DNA from: Selaginella moellendorffii
Taxonomy: Eukaryota > Plantae > Lycopodiophyta
Length of the DNA: 38,902 nucleotides
Reading direction: 5' to 3'
NCBI RefSeq assembly: GCF_000143415.4
Contig: NW_003314286.1
Location: forward strand, 146,433-185,334
Made by a program: the position numbers and the translations under genes. Shown here piece by piece: positions 23,649 to 36,135 of this stretch. Position 1 is the stretch's first letter. The number at the start of each line of letters is the position of its first letter. A model generated the notes under the pieces. It was not told the origin of the DNA. It saw only the letters and a list, made by a program, of their open reading frames with translations, and did not search any database.

Positions 23649-26627
23649 TGTAAGCGACTAAATTTTCCATTCTACTTTAGTCACTTAACCACACCTCCAA
23701 TCACTTGGAGGAGTCTCATTCACAACCTCCATAAGTCTAATCCAGGACTTGGGACTTGCTAGCCTCGAGAATGGCATCCATGCCACTCAACATTTGCACT
23801 TGGTCCAAGTGCTCCACGTGTCCGATCCCATGACTGACACTCAAAGGTACCACCGACATAGCAGCCCGTTACGCTAAGGCCATGCCCAATCACCTTTGCC
23901 ACACTGGTAATCCAATACCACTTGCATCACAGTCTTGGCTCTCCAAGACTAGGCAAACCATCCATGAGTGGTCATCTTAGATCCACTCCTTAGCATCCTT
24001 AGGATGCCCACCGACCAGGGGAATAGCCTTCCCCAATATTCCTCTGTCAGTCCCCACTAAGTCCCTTTCTGCCCCTGGCCGTGTTTGCCAACACTGCCAC
24101 TGGATCGAGACCCACAGGCCCGACCACTAAGTCCCACGGTCCTTTGGGACTTCTCCCAAAGACAATTCTAGGTAAATAAGTACATAGAAAGCCAAGTGTA
24201 AATGGTTTTTAGAATGCGCGAAATCGGAGTGGCGCAGCAGAAGTGTGGTCTTGAAGCTAGCCATGAGGTGAGGCTATCAAGGTTGAGGAAGTAGTTCTTG
24301 AGTGTTCAAAGAGAGGGCTTTGAACGAAAGTCAATGGTTAAGGACTTTCACGCTTATGCATGAACCATGTTACGATGGCTGGATGACTTGCTAAGTGAGA
24401 TTGGCAAGTCAGGGGAACAAATCCCCTAGTTGAAGGTGCTAACTTCAAAAGGGGTGGCCTATGGGGCCGAGCATGGAGGAGTTTATGCACGATCACAGAC
24501 TTGTCAAGTGAGAGGACTTGACAGTGCGGAGGAACTAGGTTCCTAAGCTGTGATCTATAGCACGCTTTAAGTACATAATGGTGCACCGGCGTGGGGAGTC
24601 ATGCCAGGCATCCTGTGTGATGCCATCCGTAGATGCATATATGGAGGTTGGGTTCGAGTCCCAACCCTCTAGTGCTTGGGTTCGAGTCCCAAATCACTAG
24701 GGCGTGATGATGGTTTGGAATATGAGGACACTCATTTTTCGGTGGTCATAGACTCTCAATGAGGAGACTGGTTTGAGCACACCGCCAAGCGAGGGATGCT
24801 TCGGAGTTGTGATGCATGGTTAGATTGTTTAGTGTGGCTCGGCATATCTAACTTGAACACTTTGGTGCGAGTGGCACCAAGGACGTGGTGAATGAGATGG
24901 GGACACCTAGTCTCAGTTGCTATGGACTCTTAGCCAGAAGGGCTAGCTTGGGTGCACCACCAAATGTGGGGGATGCCCCCGGGGTCATGGCCAACAACTT
25001 AAAGGTCTGGAAGACCTAGTACCTATTGGCAAACCTGTTAAGGTGCCAAGGTTAGATCATTAGGTGGTCTTATGGCTAAAACAAGGACAAGGTCCTTGTA
25101 AGTTTAAGGGATAAAGTTCTTAGTTCAAAGGTATTGATTTGAACTATTGATGATGGTGTGGCTTGGTCAAGGTGACCAAGTGGGAAGAAATATAAAGGAA
25201 ATGAGCTATATCAATGCGATGGCATAGTAAGTCTGAGGAAAGTAGTCTTTATAAGAGATCCAAAGGAGGATCTCAAAAGTGGGGCCGTGGATAGAGCCCA
25301 CAGTAGAAAATGTTAAAGAGATGTACTAGAGTTGAACACCCTCTGGACTTGGCAAAGCAAAGTGTTCCTATGGAACCGAAAGGAAACCTTGAAAATGGAG
25401 GTAGCGATCCTATGTTGCTGAGTGCAACAATTAAGGATAGGAGCAAAAGACTAGTGGCTAAGAAAAGAGCCATGGGAATCAACCAAAAACGTTGCAAGCA
25501 CATTGCGTAACCCGAAGGGCATCACCAAAAACTCAAAGCTCCCATACCTTGTTCGACATATTGTCTTCTCAACATCTTCCTCTGCTATCTTGATCTGGTA
25601 GTATCCTGACCTTAGGTCAATCCTCGAGAAGTATTTTTCCTTTCCCAACCTATTAAACAAGTCCTCAATCCTTGGCAAAGGATACTTGTTTTTCTTTGTA
25701 TACTTGTTGAGCAACAGGTAGTCTATGCACATGCACATAGATCCATTTTTCTTTTTCACAAATAACACCGGTGCCCCATACAGTGACTTGCTCAACCTAA
25801 CATACCTTTGTCCACCAACTGTTCTAGTTGGCGCTTGAGCTCCTTGAGTTCCTTTTTGTTCAAACGATAAGGGGGACAAACCACCGCCTCAGCACCCTCA
25901 ACCAGCTCAATCTTATGTTTTATCAATCGTGTGGGGGGCAATCCCGCCGATAGCTCCTCCGACATGGTATCCTGGAATTGGTCCAACACCCGCTGGATCA
26001 CTAAAGGTACTTCTTCTGTTCCTGTCTTTTTGTCACTCTTCACCAAGAGTAAACATATAAATGTTGCCTTGGTTCCTTTAGTGAGTTGTCCTCTTGTGGA
26101 CACTAGGTTTAGGCAAGAATCTTTGGCCTTGCATTGCCCTACCTTTAGATCCTGGGCTTCCACCTTGGATCTTCTTCCTTGGGCATTCGTTAGTACCACA
26201 AGGTTCTTACCTTGTCCATGTAGAGCTACCACAAACCGATTGAACCAATCTATCTTGAAGATTACATCAAATCCCACTATGTCCAACACGGAGAAATCCA
26301 TGTCTACTTTCTATGTCCCTACTTTGACTCTCGTTTGTCAAAGTACCTCATCAGTGCTTTGGCTATCTTGAACAAACTCTATAGTCCTTGGTTTGCCTAG
26401 CCACTGCACCTTTAGTCCGGCTTGCCAGACTATGTCTGCAGCCACAAAATTATCCGAAGCACCCGTGTCAATAAGGATCTTAACAAAGCTACCTTCGAGC
26501 TTCCTGTAAGCAACCAAAGGGAACGACTCGAGAGACGATTCATGGGGTTCAAATATAAAGGGAAAGGGCCCATGAATAAGAGTGCACCCCTTTTTCCAAT
26601 TGGTTAAAGGTCTTGGGATAATTGGAA

Positions 26628-26681
26628 TTAAGCGTCCTTGGGTTTGAATAGTACTGGGTTGGGTGACCTCCCAGGAAGTCC
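26628..26681 (+). promoter_or_regulatory. 5S rRNA-derived segment (Pol III internal control region: A box, IE, C box) in the 5' LTR
   Basis: TTAAGCGTCCTTGGGTTTGAATAGTACTGGGTTGGGTGACCTCCCAGGAAGTCC aligns without gaps, about 45/54 by my count, to plant 5S rRNA as I recall it (TTAAGCGTGCTTGGGCGAGAGTAGTACTAGGATGGGTGACCTCCTGGGAAGTCC). Confidence 0.9.
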
Positions 26682-27026
26682 AAACTCAGGAGCTTAAATT
26701 TGGTATCAGAGAAGTCTCGGGTCCGACTCTGTTGGTTGCTTAGGGGAATCATACCACATTTTGATTGATATCTGGCTGGTCCAGTTTGCTCTCGCTGGGC
26801 TCGATCCGAGGGGTAGGGTGTCAAGAGAGCAGGGCTCTCGAAAGAGCTGCGGCTCTTAGCTTCCGTTCACGAGGGCATGAACTTGCAGGGAAGCGTGGTG
26901 GATTGTAAGCAACCAAAGGGAACGACTCGAGAGACGATCCATAGGGGTTCAAATATAGAGGGAAAGGTCCCATGAACAAAAGTGCACCCCCTTTTCCAAT
27001 CGGTTAATGGTCTTGGGATATTTAGG

Positions 27027-27080
27027 GTTAAGTGTCCTTGGGTTTGAATAGTACTAGGCTGGGTGACCTCATTGGAAGTC
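27027..27080 (+). promoter_or_regulatory. 5S rRNA-derived segment in the 3' LTR
   Basis: GTTAAGTGTCCTTGGGTTTGAATAGTACTAGGCTGGGTGACCTCATTGGAAGTC, second copy of the same segment. Confidence 0.9.
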
Positions 27081-29365
27081 TAAATTCAGGAGCTTACACT
27101 TCCCTCGGAGGGCTAGTAGATATCACGAACGACTCTCTACCAAAGTTGCTCGTGTAATGAGTAACTTTGAGTTAGGGACTGGATCACATACCTCAGTTTT
27201 GATTTCATCCGACTTAATAGCCATATTGGCTTTGGCCTTCTTTGGGTAGGGACATTCCCTCGAGAAGTGTCCCACTTCACCGCAGTTGTAGCATACGTTG
27301 TTTCCCACGCTGCTAGCCGGCTTGCCCTTCTTATCCGTGGGTTTGTCTCTTTTTGCTTGACTCCCCCACGTACTCGCTTGTTGGCCACCAGATCTGCCTT
27401 TCCGGAACCCTGAGAACTCATTCTTAAAGAAACTCTTCTTGAATTTCCCTTTGCTATATATTCCCCTTGGTTTGGCCCCTTTGCTAAATGTGGACCCCAA
27501 CCCCGTCATGTTCCTCTTTCACAGGTTATTATTGAAATGCACCTTGATAGCTACATCCAACGCTTCCTTGTAGTTGGTCAGGTTCCACCGCATCACCTCG
27601 TCGTGAGCTCAGGTTTGCAAGCCTGATATGAAGGCATGAAATGCATCCATATCACCCATATCCGTGACCAGTATCCTCTTTGCCATAAACCCATTCACAT
27701 ACTCTTGAATGGTTCCGATCTACTTCAGCCTACTCAGATCATCCCTTAGGTGTAGAGTAGCATTCGAAGGAACATGTGTCATGCGGATCCTTGTCTTCAT
27801 CAATTCCCAAGTGGCCACCAATCCTTCGTTGGCCTCTGTCATTCTCCACCAAGACTTAGCATTATCTGCCAAGTATGGTTTTGCACATGGGACCTTCTCC
27901 GAGCTCGGTAACCGCAACGCTCAGAAGTAATCCTCCATATCATAAAACCAATCCTCCACCACTTTATAGTCATTTACTCCCTTGAAGACTGGTGAGGGCT
28001 TTGGTTTGTACTTGGGAACTGCTTAAGGGACTGATTCCATGTCGGTCTATTCAACCTTATTTGGTTCTGCCTCAGTCCCAACCGAAGGGTTCGCACCTTC
28101 TACGCTGCCAGCATCCACAGTCTTTCGCCTTTTCTTCCGCTTTTTGTCACGCTTTAGCTTGCATACAAGAGTCTCCAGCAGGGCATTGGTCTATACCAAT
28201 TGTCCTTCTAGAACGTCCAATCGAGCCTTGGATGATTGAACCTCGCCACCGGACTCTTGTTTGAAAGTTTCCTCACTGGAGTCCTCCTCATGCAAGGATT
28301 CCCATCCCATAGCCTCTTGTTCGACTGGAGGCTCCAGCTCTGGCAGAGGTTCCATCTTCTCCTTGGTTCGTTTATGCCCTAGCTTTGCCATCTCCTAGCA
28401 ATCCGCCTCTATCCCTCGCTAGAATTGAGGAAAAAGCTCTGATACCAAATTGTAAGCCACAAATTTTTCCTTTCCAATTTGCCAATTTACTTTATCCGAT
28501 CAACACTGCTTTGGCTTTTGCTAAGTTCCCTTGCTAAGGTTCCCACCTATGGTACCAGCTCCTACTTGGTCCTACTTGGTTTCAACTACTCACTGCATAA
28601 GCAACGGAGTGTTAGCCATCCATCCATGGATTCCCAAATCTCTCCCAATCCCCCTCCCCGGGTTAGACTAGACTTAAGGTTTGGCTACACTCCCCGCAGG
28701 CACAAGAAGCCAAGCACACCAAGCCTCCATGTTCCTAACATCCCTTGGTACCACAAGACTTGATCATAGGACACTCTAAATCCCAAGTTTTGGGGGCAAC
28801 ACTTGCTTTGGGACACAGGGGCGAAACACCGTGGCCTAACGGCCCGGTATGGGTACCTCTACCCCCCCGCTTCCATCCCGAAGGGAAGGCCCAAGCCCCT
28901 AGGAAGGGCAAGGACCAATGAGCCGTAAGGTACTCAAGTGGGGCACCACTCCACATGAGCTGGGAGCACCGCAATCAGTTTCCCTTTTGGGAATGGAAGC
29001 TGCTCTTGAGCACTTCCTTGGGTGGCCCCTCCAGCACCACCCGAGTCCATGCTCACTCCCACCCAAGGCCCCTCAACTTCAGTCTCAACCTCAAATCAGT
29101 TTGGAAGCACCACTGGAGAGTTCCTTCAAGATTGGTTCCTGGACCTCACTATCCCTACTATACTTTTGGAACCCCCTGTAGCCGCCCCCCCCGACCCCCG
29201 ACTTTAGACTCGGTCTTGGACTCAATCTTGAACTCGATCTTAGACTTGGCCCCATCCGATGAACTCTTTGTCATTTTGGTTATGCTTTTGGGGATCCTTT
29301 GGCTTACGACACCTCAGGGAGTTGGTTCCTTACAACGGTTTTATGATATGGAGGACTATTTCGAT

Positions 29366-29441
29366 TGTAAGCAACAAAAGGGAAAGATTCAAGAAACGAT
29401 CCATGGGGTTCAAATATAGAGGGAAAGGGCCCATGAACAAG
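29366..29441 (+). mobile_element. Truncated third LTR of the Cassandra-like family
   Basis: TGTAAGCAACAAAAGGGAAAGATTC...CATGGGGTTCAAATATAGAGGGAAAGGGCCCATGAACAAG matches the first ~76 bp of the LTRs at 26505 and 26904. Confidence 0.85.
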
Positions 29442-29449
29442 CATTCCAA

Positions 29450-31675
29450 CTAGCATGGAATGGAACTTAGGCTTAGACCCAAGCGAGAGCTAGACTATGC
29501 CTTAGGTTGGTCGGCCATGCTCAACCTACCCACTATCCCTACTATACATTTGAAACCCCCTATATCCCCCCCTTGAGGAACACACGCTTTGGGCTTTCAC
29601 CCCAAGCCTCCCTCAGTATCAGGAGTTAGTCTCTGGGACAAACTCGAAACTTACTAAATATGGAATAGCACTAGAATGCAAATTTGGACATAGAACAAAC
29701 ACCATTGTGTTCAAATTGATCTCTACATTCCGTAGATATGCCAAATAAGCAAATCTGGACACTTTCCATAAATAGCATTTGAGACCGAAATGAGACTAAC
29801 ACAAAAGACATGATAGCGAAGGTGTTTGGCAGACACAGTAAGCTATCATCCAGCGATATTGAGGGACCAATCTCAATACTCGAGGGTTCTTATCAAGCCA
29901 GTGCAAGACAGAACAAAAAAGAACTAACAAGCCGGGCCAAGTATGCTTGGCTAAATAAACACTTAGGAATTCCTTCCTTATGCTTGTCCGGCCAAGTGTA
30001 GATGCAAAGTCTAGTTTACTAATACTTGAACAAGAGGGACTAATAAAGGGTCCAGCAATATTGACCTCCTGCCATCGTAGTAGTAAGGTAAGAGTGTCCA
30101 TAAGGACTAGCCGACAGGTAACTTTCGATACCCAAAGTCACATTCGCGACACTCTCCCCCCCTAGGGAAGATTGACGTCCTCGTCAATGCACACTCGAGT
30201 CTAGAATACCGCCAAGGAAACAACTCCAGAAAAAGTTCACGGTATTCATACTATGTGAGAAATGCACCAACTTAAATGAGTTAGGAAGCAACTTCTTTGT
30301 CTAATGCAGATGCGCTACTAGCCCAGACACCTTCCGGCCATCACTGACAAGGAAATGACCAACAGAGTTAGCCACTCTTATTGCTCTAGGTGTCACCCAG
30401 CTTACAAAAGTGTGATACGCCCCTACTCGCAAGGACATAGAGAGAGAAGCCATAGGCCCCAACCCTCACGAGCAAAGAAACCAAACCCGTCGGTAAGGTT
30501 TAGATAGACTATTGTAAATAGGCAGTTAGAGTTGTTTACAAAGTCATGCCCTTTTAATGAAATAAAGAACATCAACAGAGAGGCGGGTGATGTGACCAGT
30601 TGACAGTAGCTACCCTATAACTAAAGATTTCACCATGCACACGAAGTGCCGAAGCTAGTCTACCCATTACTGGCCCAAACTCAAAGATCAATAGATGGAC
30701 AATATCAAAGTCAAAGACAATGATATCTTAGATACTTAAGTATCAGTGCATATATCTTATATTAGAACACAAAAGTATTCCAAGTAAGTTATCATCTGAT
30801 AACCAATATTAGAGTATAGGAACCATCAAGATCAGAATAGTTGGAAACATAGGATTCACTATCCAACGAAAGTCAATAGCAAGTATATCATCAAGAAAAC
30901 TCAATGATAAAACTTAACTAGCAAAGATTGTAGACAATATGCTAAACAGCTTACAAAAGAGAACTCAAAGAATACAAAGTATTACTTGACTAGCAAGCAG
31001 AATACTTGCAAATGTATTACCTGAAAGTAATAACATCCCAATCTAGCAAAACTAACTCAAGCAATAATCAGCAAAATAGAATGAATGCGGCAAAATCAAT
31101 AAACACTCATTCTTGCCAACTATCACACAAGCTAATCTAAATAGATTCTGATCAATAATACGAAGGAACTATAGTTGTCTAAGAAAGTGCCAGCAACATC
31201 CTATGGATATCTCAAACCCAAGAGACCAATCCAAAACAAGCCACAAAGAACATATGGTATTGCGAAAAGCCATAAGCCATCAAAGAAAGCAATTGACTAT
31301 CATGAAAAAACATCAATCATCCCACCAATGAAGAGATGCATAATCATCGTCAAAAAAGGAATCCACCATTCCGAAGAATAACGAATCATTCTATATCAAC
31401 AATAATCAATCAAAACCTTTGATAAGGATAATCAACTATCTTAGATAATAATCAATTATCACCAATGATTGCTAGATGCAAATACAAACTTTATCGAAGC
31501 TAATGAGCCAAAATGCCTTCCCCTACAACTTCTAACAAATGGACCATAAACATAAAAATTCAAGGAATCAAAAGCTCAAAGAAGCTTATAGTTAAGTCTT
31601 GCCTACAACAATCACGAGTCTTGCACGAACTGCTAAAGAAGAACTCATGGCACAACCCACAATATCCTCCTTAAA
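29450..31675 (-). mobile_element. 3' end of another LTR retrotransposon (non-coding internal region, PPT and 3' LTR)
   Basis: The minus strand reads GACGAGGACGTCAATCTTCCCTA-GGGGGGGAGAG-TGTCGCG: a PPT at 30152-30162 followed by TG at 30151. It is cut at 31675 by the DNA transposon. The left LTR boundary is not determined. Confidence 0.6.
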
Positions 31676-32879
31676 GCTCTATTTCGTTAAAGTGGGATTT
31701 ATTCAGTAAAATGGGACTAGGTACAAATTTTCAAGTATTTGAAAATGACGTGAAATTATATGTTTTTTGTCCAGGGGCTAGACATATCTGGGGCATGGTG
31801 ACTAGCGCGGTGACCTTATGTCCAGACTGAGTCCATCTAGTTGTATAATAAATCTCATTGTCAAGATGAACAAGCCGAATCTGAAGCTAAAGAAGAGCGA
31901 TGGCATGCGCGCACACACTATTTGTTTGTTCATTGAGCGTGTGGTGAGCTTTCCAAGATGAACATCATTCCTATTAGCCAGACATATAACTTAATGGTGA
32001 GAACATTTAGATATTATTCAATGTTATCTTTTTCTAACGAATCTAATTGTGAAGGTGTAGCAAGAGGCATTGCTAGTCTGGAGAAGTCATTTAACTCATT
32101 TGACCCTTAGTGTATTTTCATGAAACTAAATAACATTCATATTATTAAGGAATTTCTCTAGTACCTTTTTTTTACGACATAGAGGCTTGCATTTCTTTCA
32201 AAGGTGATTTAGTAAAAGGCCTGAGGGCACATGCCATTCTATTTCTCAGACCGGTATTAAGATATACTAGTGCAAAGGGAAAAAGGTATTTGGTGATCAA
32301 GTAAATGGCATGAGGGCACACGCCATTATAAGCCTAAGCGCTAGTGGACACCTCCTTTTTGGTACTCTCAGCGGTACTATCATCCTTCTCCGGGTCAGTT
32401 GTTTTGCTTTGGATTGTTGTCTCTGACGTTACTGGGGCGTTCTCGATAGTTGTTAATGTTGCCGTTTGTTCAGAAAAATGATCACCTGGAGTATAGTACG
32501 GGGAGTTTGGAAGACTTATATATTCTACATCTTCACCTATCTCCTTCTCCGTCTCCTTTTCTGCCTCACTTACAGATTTTGTGCTTGCCATGAGAACGCT
32601 CTTCACCCTAAAATATGGAGTTCGTTGTGTTATAAAAGGAAACCAACACACACGCTGCAAGGGAATGATGGTACATAAAGCACGTAAGCCCACAATATGG
32701 GTTTATGTGCCATTAATATGGGCCACACGCCATATTATTAGATTTATGCACGTGTGATTGGTAAATGCATATATCACATCATCTTTGTTTTACCTCACAC
32801 ACTATATCAAGCCTCCACTGATTCAGATTCGGATTGTTCACCTTGAAATAAAATACATTAGAAACTTTGTAAAGGAATA

Positions 32880-35800
32880 TTAATGAATCTCACCTTGAAC
32901 CCGAGTTATGAATGCTCTTGCTGCATCTCTTGCATGGTCTGGCAAGGTGATGGTGGCACTCTGCTTCCGCATCCAACCATGCACAACATTATCCACCGAT
33001 ATGCTCATGCTGGGATCCCTTGGATTCAGCACCCATCTCTTTTCTAGGCAATCCTTCGTATATCCGGAACTTGGCTTGAACCACTCCACAGTTACATTGA
33101 AGGAGTTAGTTTCCGCGTCCTCCTCTGCATCAGTGATGCAGCGCCCCACCCATATCATTTGTTTTTTATTACTGGGTCTGACAAGCACGACCATTCCTTT
33201 GCAGACCTGTACTGGATTGAATGCTGAATCCGGCTTCTTGTTCCTCGGCCCACAATAGTGATCCTCAACATCGTTATCTGTCACTGCATTTCCAGAGGAC
33301 ATTGTTCCGCTACTATCTGGTGCTCTGGGTTCTGGCCAAAAGGACTCTTCCAATTCTTCATATACAACCGGCCCATTTTGGATAGCAGATATAATCTTCT
33401 CCCAGTATTCGAGCAAAGGCTTGCACCTCTGAAAATAGGATTCTCCACCAAACACCAACCCCCTCTTCCAGAAGGCAATATGCTGTCTAATCCCGGCCAC
33501 TATACTTTCCTGGTCTTTGAGTCCATCCGGGTGCATCGGCCGTGGGGAACCCTGAGGAATCATAGGTTCCCCAGTTATGGGATCTCTCTTGAAGAGTTCA
33601 ATGCCGTCCACTGGCAGCCACACTGTGTCCCATTCTCTCATCTTGTACCTCATCACTGGAGCACTGTCACACATGCTGAAATGAAACTGAAGAGGCTTGA
33701 GTGGCCAATCAGCGTTTCGGATCCATCCCTGATGTAGCCTCTTACAAACCCCTTAAAGTCTGGAACCTCTGTCAGAAGTGCAGCTTCAACAGTGCCTTTG
33801 ATGCAATTTTGGAATTCATCGTAGAGTTGTGGGAGGGTGAGGACATTGGATCGCCGGAGGGACTCTGCCAGGTGACTGAACATGGCATCGACGTCTTCAT
33901 GAGTGTGCCCAACCATGAGAAAGCCAAGTGTAACCGTTTCAAATATGCCTTTGGCAACAAGCATCGCCAAGTACGCGAAGACGTACATGTTTTTGTTCTC
34001 ACTGCCAGCATTGTCTGTTTGGAGCAGAAGATGGGGTGGAAGGCCACATCGGCCGCAAGAACTTCCTTGAGATTCTGCTTCGTTTGGATGAGGCTGTGCA
34101 TTCACCGGGCGACCAGCCTCGTCGGAATGGCATGAGGCCTCACGTGATAACCCTACAATCTGACGGCCAACATATTCACTGGGATGGCATGGGGCCCCAC
34201 GCGATACTGCAAGCCTTTGCTCCTCCTCCAGCTGAACCCTGTATGGGGTTCGATCGACAAGGGCCTTATGCAAGGGTTGGCCGTTCAGCTCAGTCTGCGC
34301 ACTTTGCAGAGACCTTAAGTGTTTTGCTAGGGACGCAATCATCATGTTTGCACCCCCGCCACCCCATAGAGGTACAAAGAAGTTCCCATAGTTCTGGGCA
34401 CCATGCCCATGAGCGATTATGCCAAACAGAGACACAGGCAGCTGCATGGATGAAGAGATTGCCTTGGGGGCAGGATTGAGTCGAGGTAAGCACGTCTTTT
34501 TCTGGTCCATTTTGTCGTGGATGATGCAGAGGTAAGAGTCAGGTCTCTCCATGGAGAGAATCCTGTTATGATAATATGCAGTCCTGCAGCTTCTCTGCTC
34601 GATGTTGTGGTCGAGCCGCCTTCTAACCAACGTCTCTCGCTCTTGAGCGCTGCAAGAATTCTTCGACAAAGCCATTTTGATAGCAGTGCACTCGTCACAC
34701 TTTGAAAAGCTGGAGTACTTTCCTATACTCACATCCCTGAACCTGTTGCTCCACAATCTACTAAATCTAGATTGGCTCAGCTTCCTGTAGCCATTACTCT
34801 GGAGTTCCCGATTCACATCTTCCAATATGGCCCCCTTGGTATACATGGAAGGGAGAACTCGTTGGGTGTCTCGTGTTCCATCTTCCAAGAGGCGGGTTTT
34901 ATGTGGTTGCTGCTCGCTACATGTCTCGACAAACCTCTTGAAGATTGCCTCTCCATATACAACATGACCCCTGGTTTTGTGCGTACCGTCGTTCCCATGG
35001 ACTGCCTGTTGAACCCTTTGTTCCTCGAACTCAGTTTTGATTCTGTAGAATGTGGTTCAAGGGACTCCATAAATGATTCTCCATGCCTTCATGCAGACCA
35101 AACCCCTCTGGAAGACCATGCCCCCCACCTGATGTTCTGAAGCATCAACAGATGACCGTAATGCCTCATACACAAAATTGCGAGCTGCCTTCCAGGACAA
35201 TGTCTTGTATCTTGCTCTCTCCTCTTCAATAGCATCCCAATCAACATGTTGACAGCACCTCCTCTTGCAACAAGCAACTGTCGAGACCATTCGAACCTCC
35301 ATCGCCATTTTCTGCCTTTTCGGTTCGTTGCTCAGATCCCTTTGGCTGCGCTTTAGGAAGGTGTACTTTCTTTTCCCATGAAGAGATGTTCTGTCATCAG
35401 TTGTAGTGGTGTTTGATTGTGAATCCTTCACATTCTCAAACACTAAGTGCCTCAATTTCCACCGCACAATGCTTCCAATAGTCAGACTGTTTTCTTTTGT
35501 GTCAACAACCTCTAAAATCGCAACTCCAATATCATCCCAGCCCAATTCTTAATTAGCAACTGCATCTCTTGGATCGACAACTGTGGCTAAGCCCTCAGCT
35601 ACCACCTCCCCCTCGGGGTTGTTTAGAAACACTTTTGCCTGAATCCATGTAGCACGGTTCTTAAGATCCACGGAGGGAACATGCGTCGCACTTGCGCTGT
35701 CCCCAACATCTGCTTTCTTCTGAAGATTTTTCAAGGCAACAACAACATTTACCCCGACGACCATCTCTCCTCGTTCAATAGCGACCACATTCCCATCGAA

Positions 35801-35947
35801 GACAGTCTCTACTAATACAGCAGCATTGCCTTCCCCAAGCCTTTGACAGTGTATAACAAAGTTCCGATCCATAGACACAAGGGTCCCTTTTGCAACTCTC
35901 TTCCCACCATTCAAAATGTAAACCTTTTCCCCAACCCTGAAGGCCAT
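32880..35947 (-). pseudogene. DDD/RNase H-fold transposase (Sola-like; ~1020 aa reconstructed), with two in-frame stops and one frameshift
   Basis: ORFs 35549-35947, 35057-35545 and 33653-34888 share one frame separated by a single TAA and a single TGA; 32880-33674 continues after a frameshift near 33700. Motifs are FSRLW, FSKCDEC, IIHDKMDQKKTCLP, LLLQTDNAGSENKN and FLMVGHTHEDVDAMFS. The superfamily call is from motif memory. Confidence 0.8.
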
Positions 35948-36135
35948 TCTGAAAGTGCAGAAAAGAAGTTAAGACCATACAAAAAATGATTGGAGAATGG
36001 CCTAAATCATAACATACCAAACAACCTCAATAGCATGAGGCCACATGCCATTATTCAAACATGCTATTGACACCCACGTGAAATTTCGCATTCACAAAAT
36101 TGGCATGAGCCCTCATGCCATTAGTGGTACCACTA

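Larger units (their letters stand above)
26505..27098 (+). mobile_element. Cassandra-like TRIM (non-autonomous LTR element with 5S rRNA sequence in its LTRs)
   Basis: LTRs at 26505-26698 and 26904-27098 (TGTAAGC...GCTTACA; the first ends GCTTAAA). PBS TGGTATCAGAG at 26701, purine-rich tract before 26904, 5-bp TSD CTTCC at 26500-26504 and 27099-27103. The internal region is 205 bp and non-coding. Confidence 0.93.
23649..29180 (-). mobile_element. Ty3/Gypsy chromovirus-type retrotransposon, rearranged (gag-protease-partial RT at ~25480-28391)
   Basis: PBS TGGTATCAGAGC on the minus strand at 28436-28447, next to LTR edge TGTAAGCCAC at 28451; a related edge TGTAAGCGAC lies at 23649. Gag motifs are YLADNAKSWWR and CYNCGEVGHFSREC, protease [54 protein letters not shown]. 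Outer boundaries are approximate and 23649-25480 may include other LTR pieces. Confidence 0.85.

Noticed and set aside
26628-27080. Functional 5S rRNA genes
   Set aside because: Only ~54 nt of the 5S sequence is present, without the 5' half or T-run terminator, and it lies within paired LTRs.
23649-28600. A matched LTR pair with TSD for the Gypsy element
   Set aside because: The edges at 23649 and 28451 agree only over the first ~20 bp, and transposon copy A does not resume after the element, so an intact element cannot be claimed.
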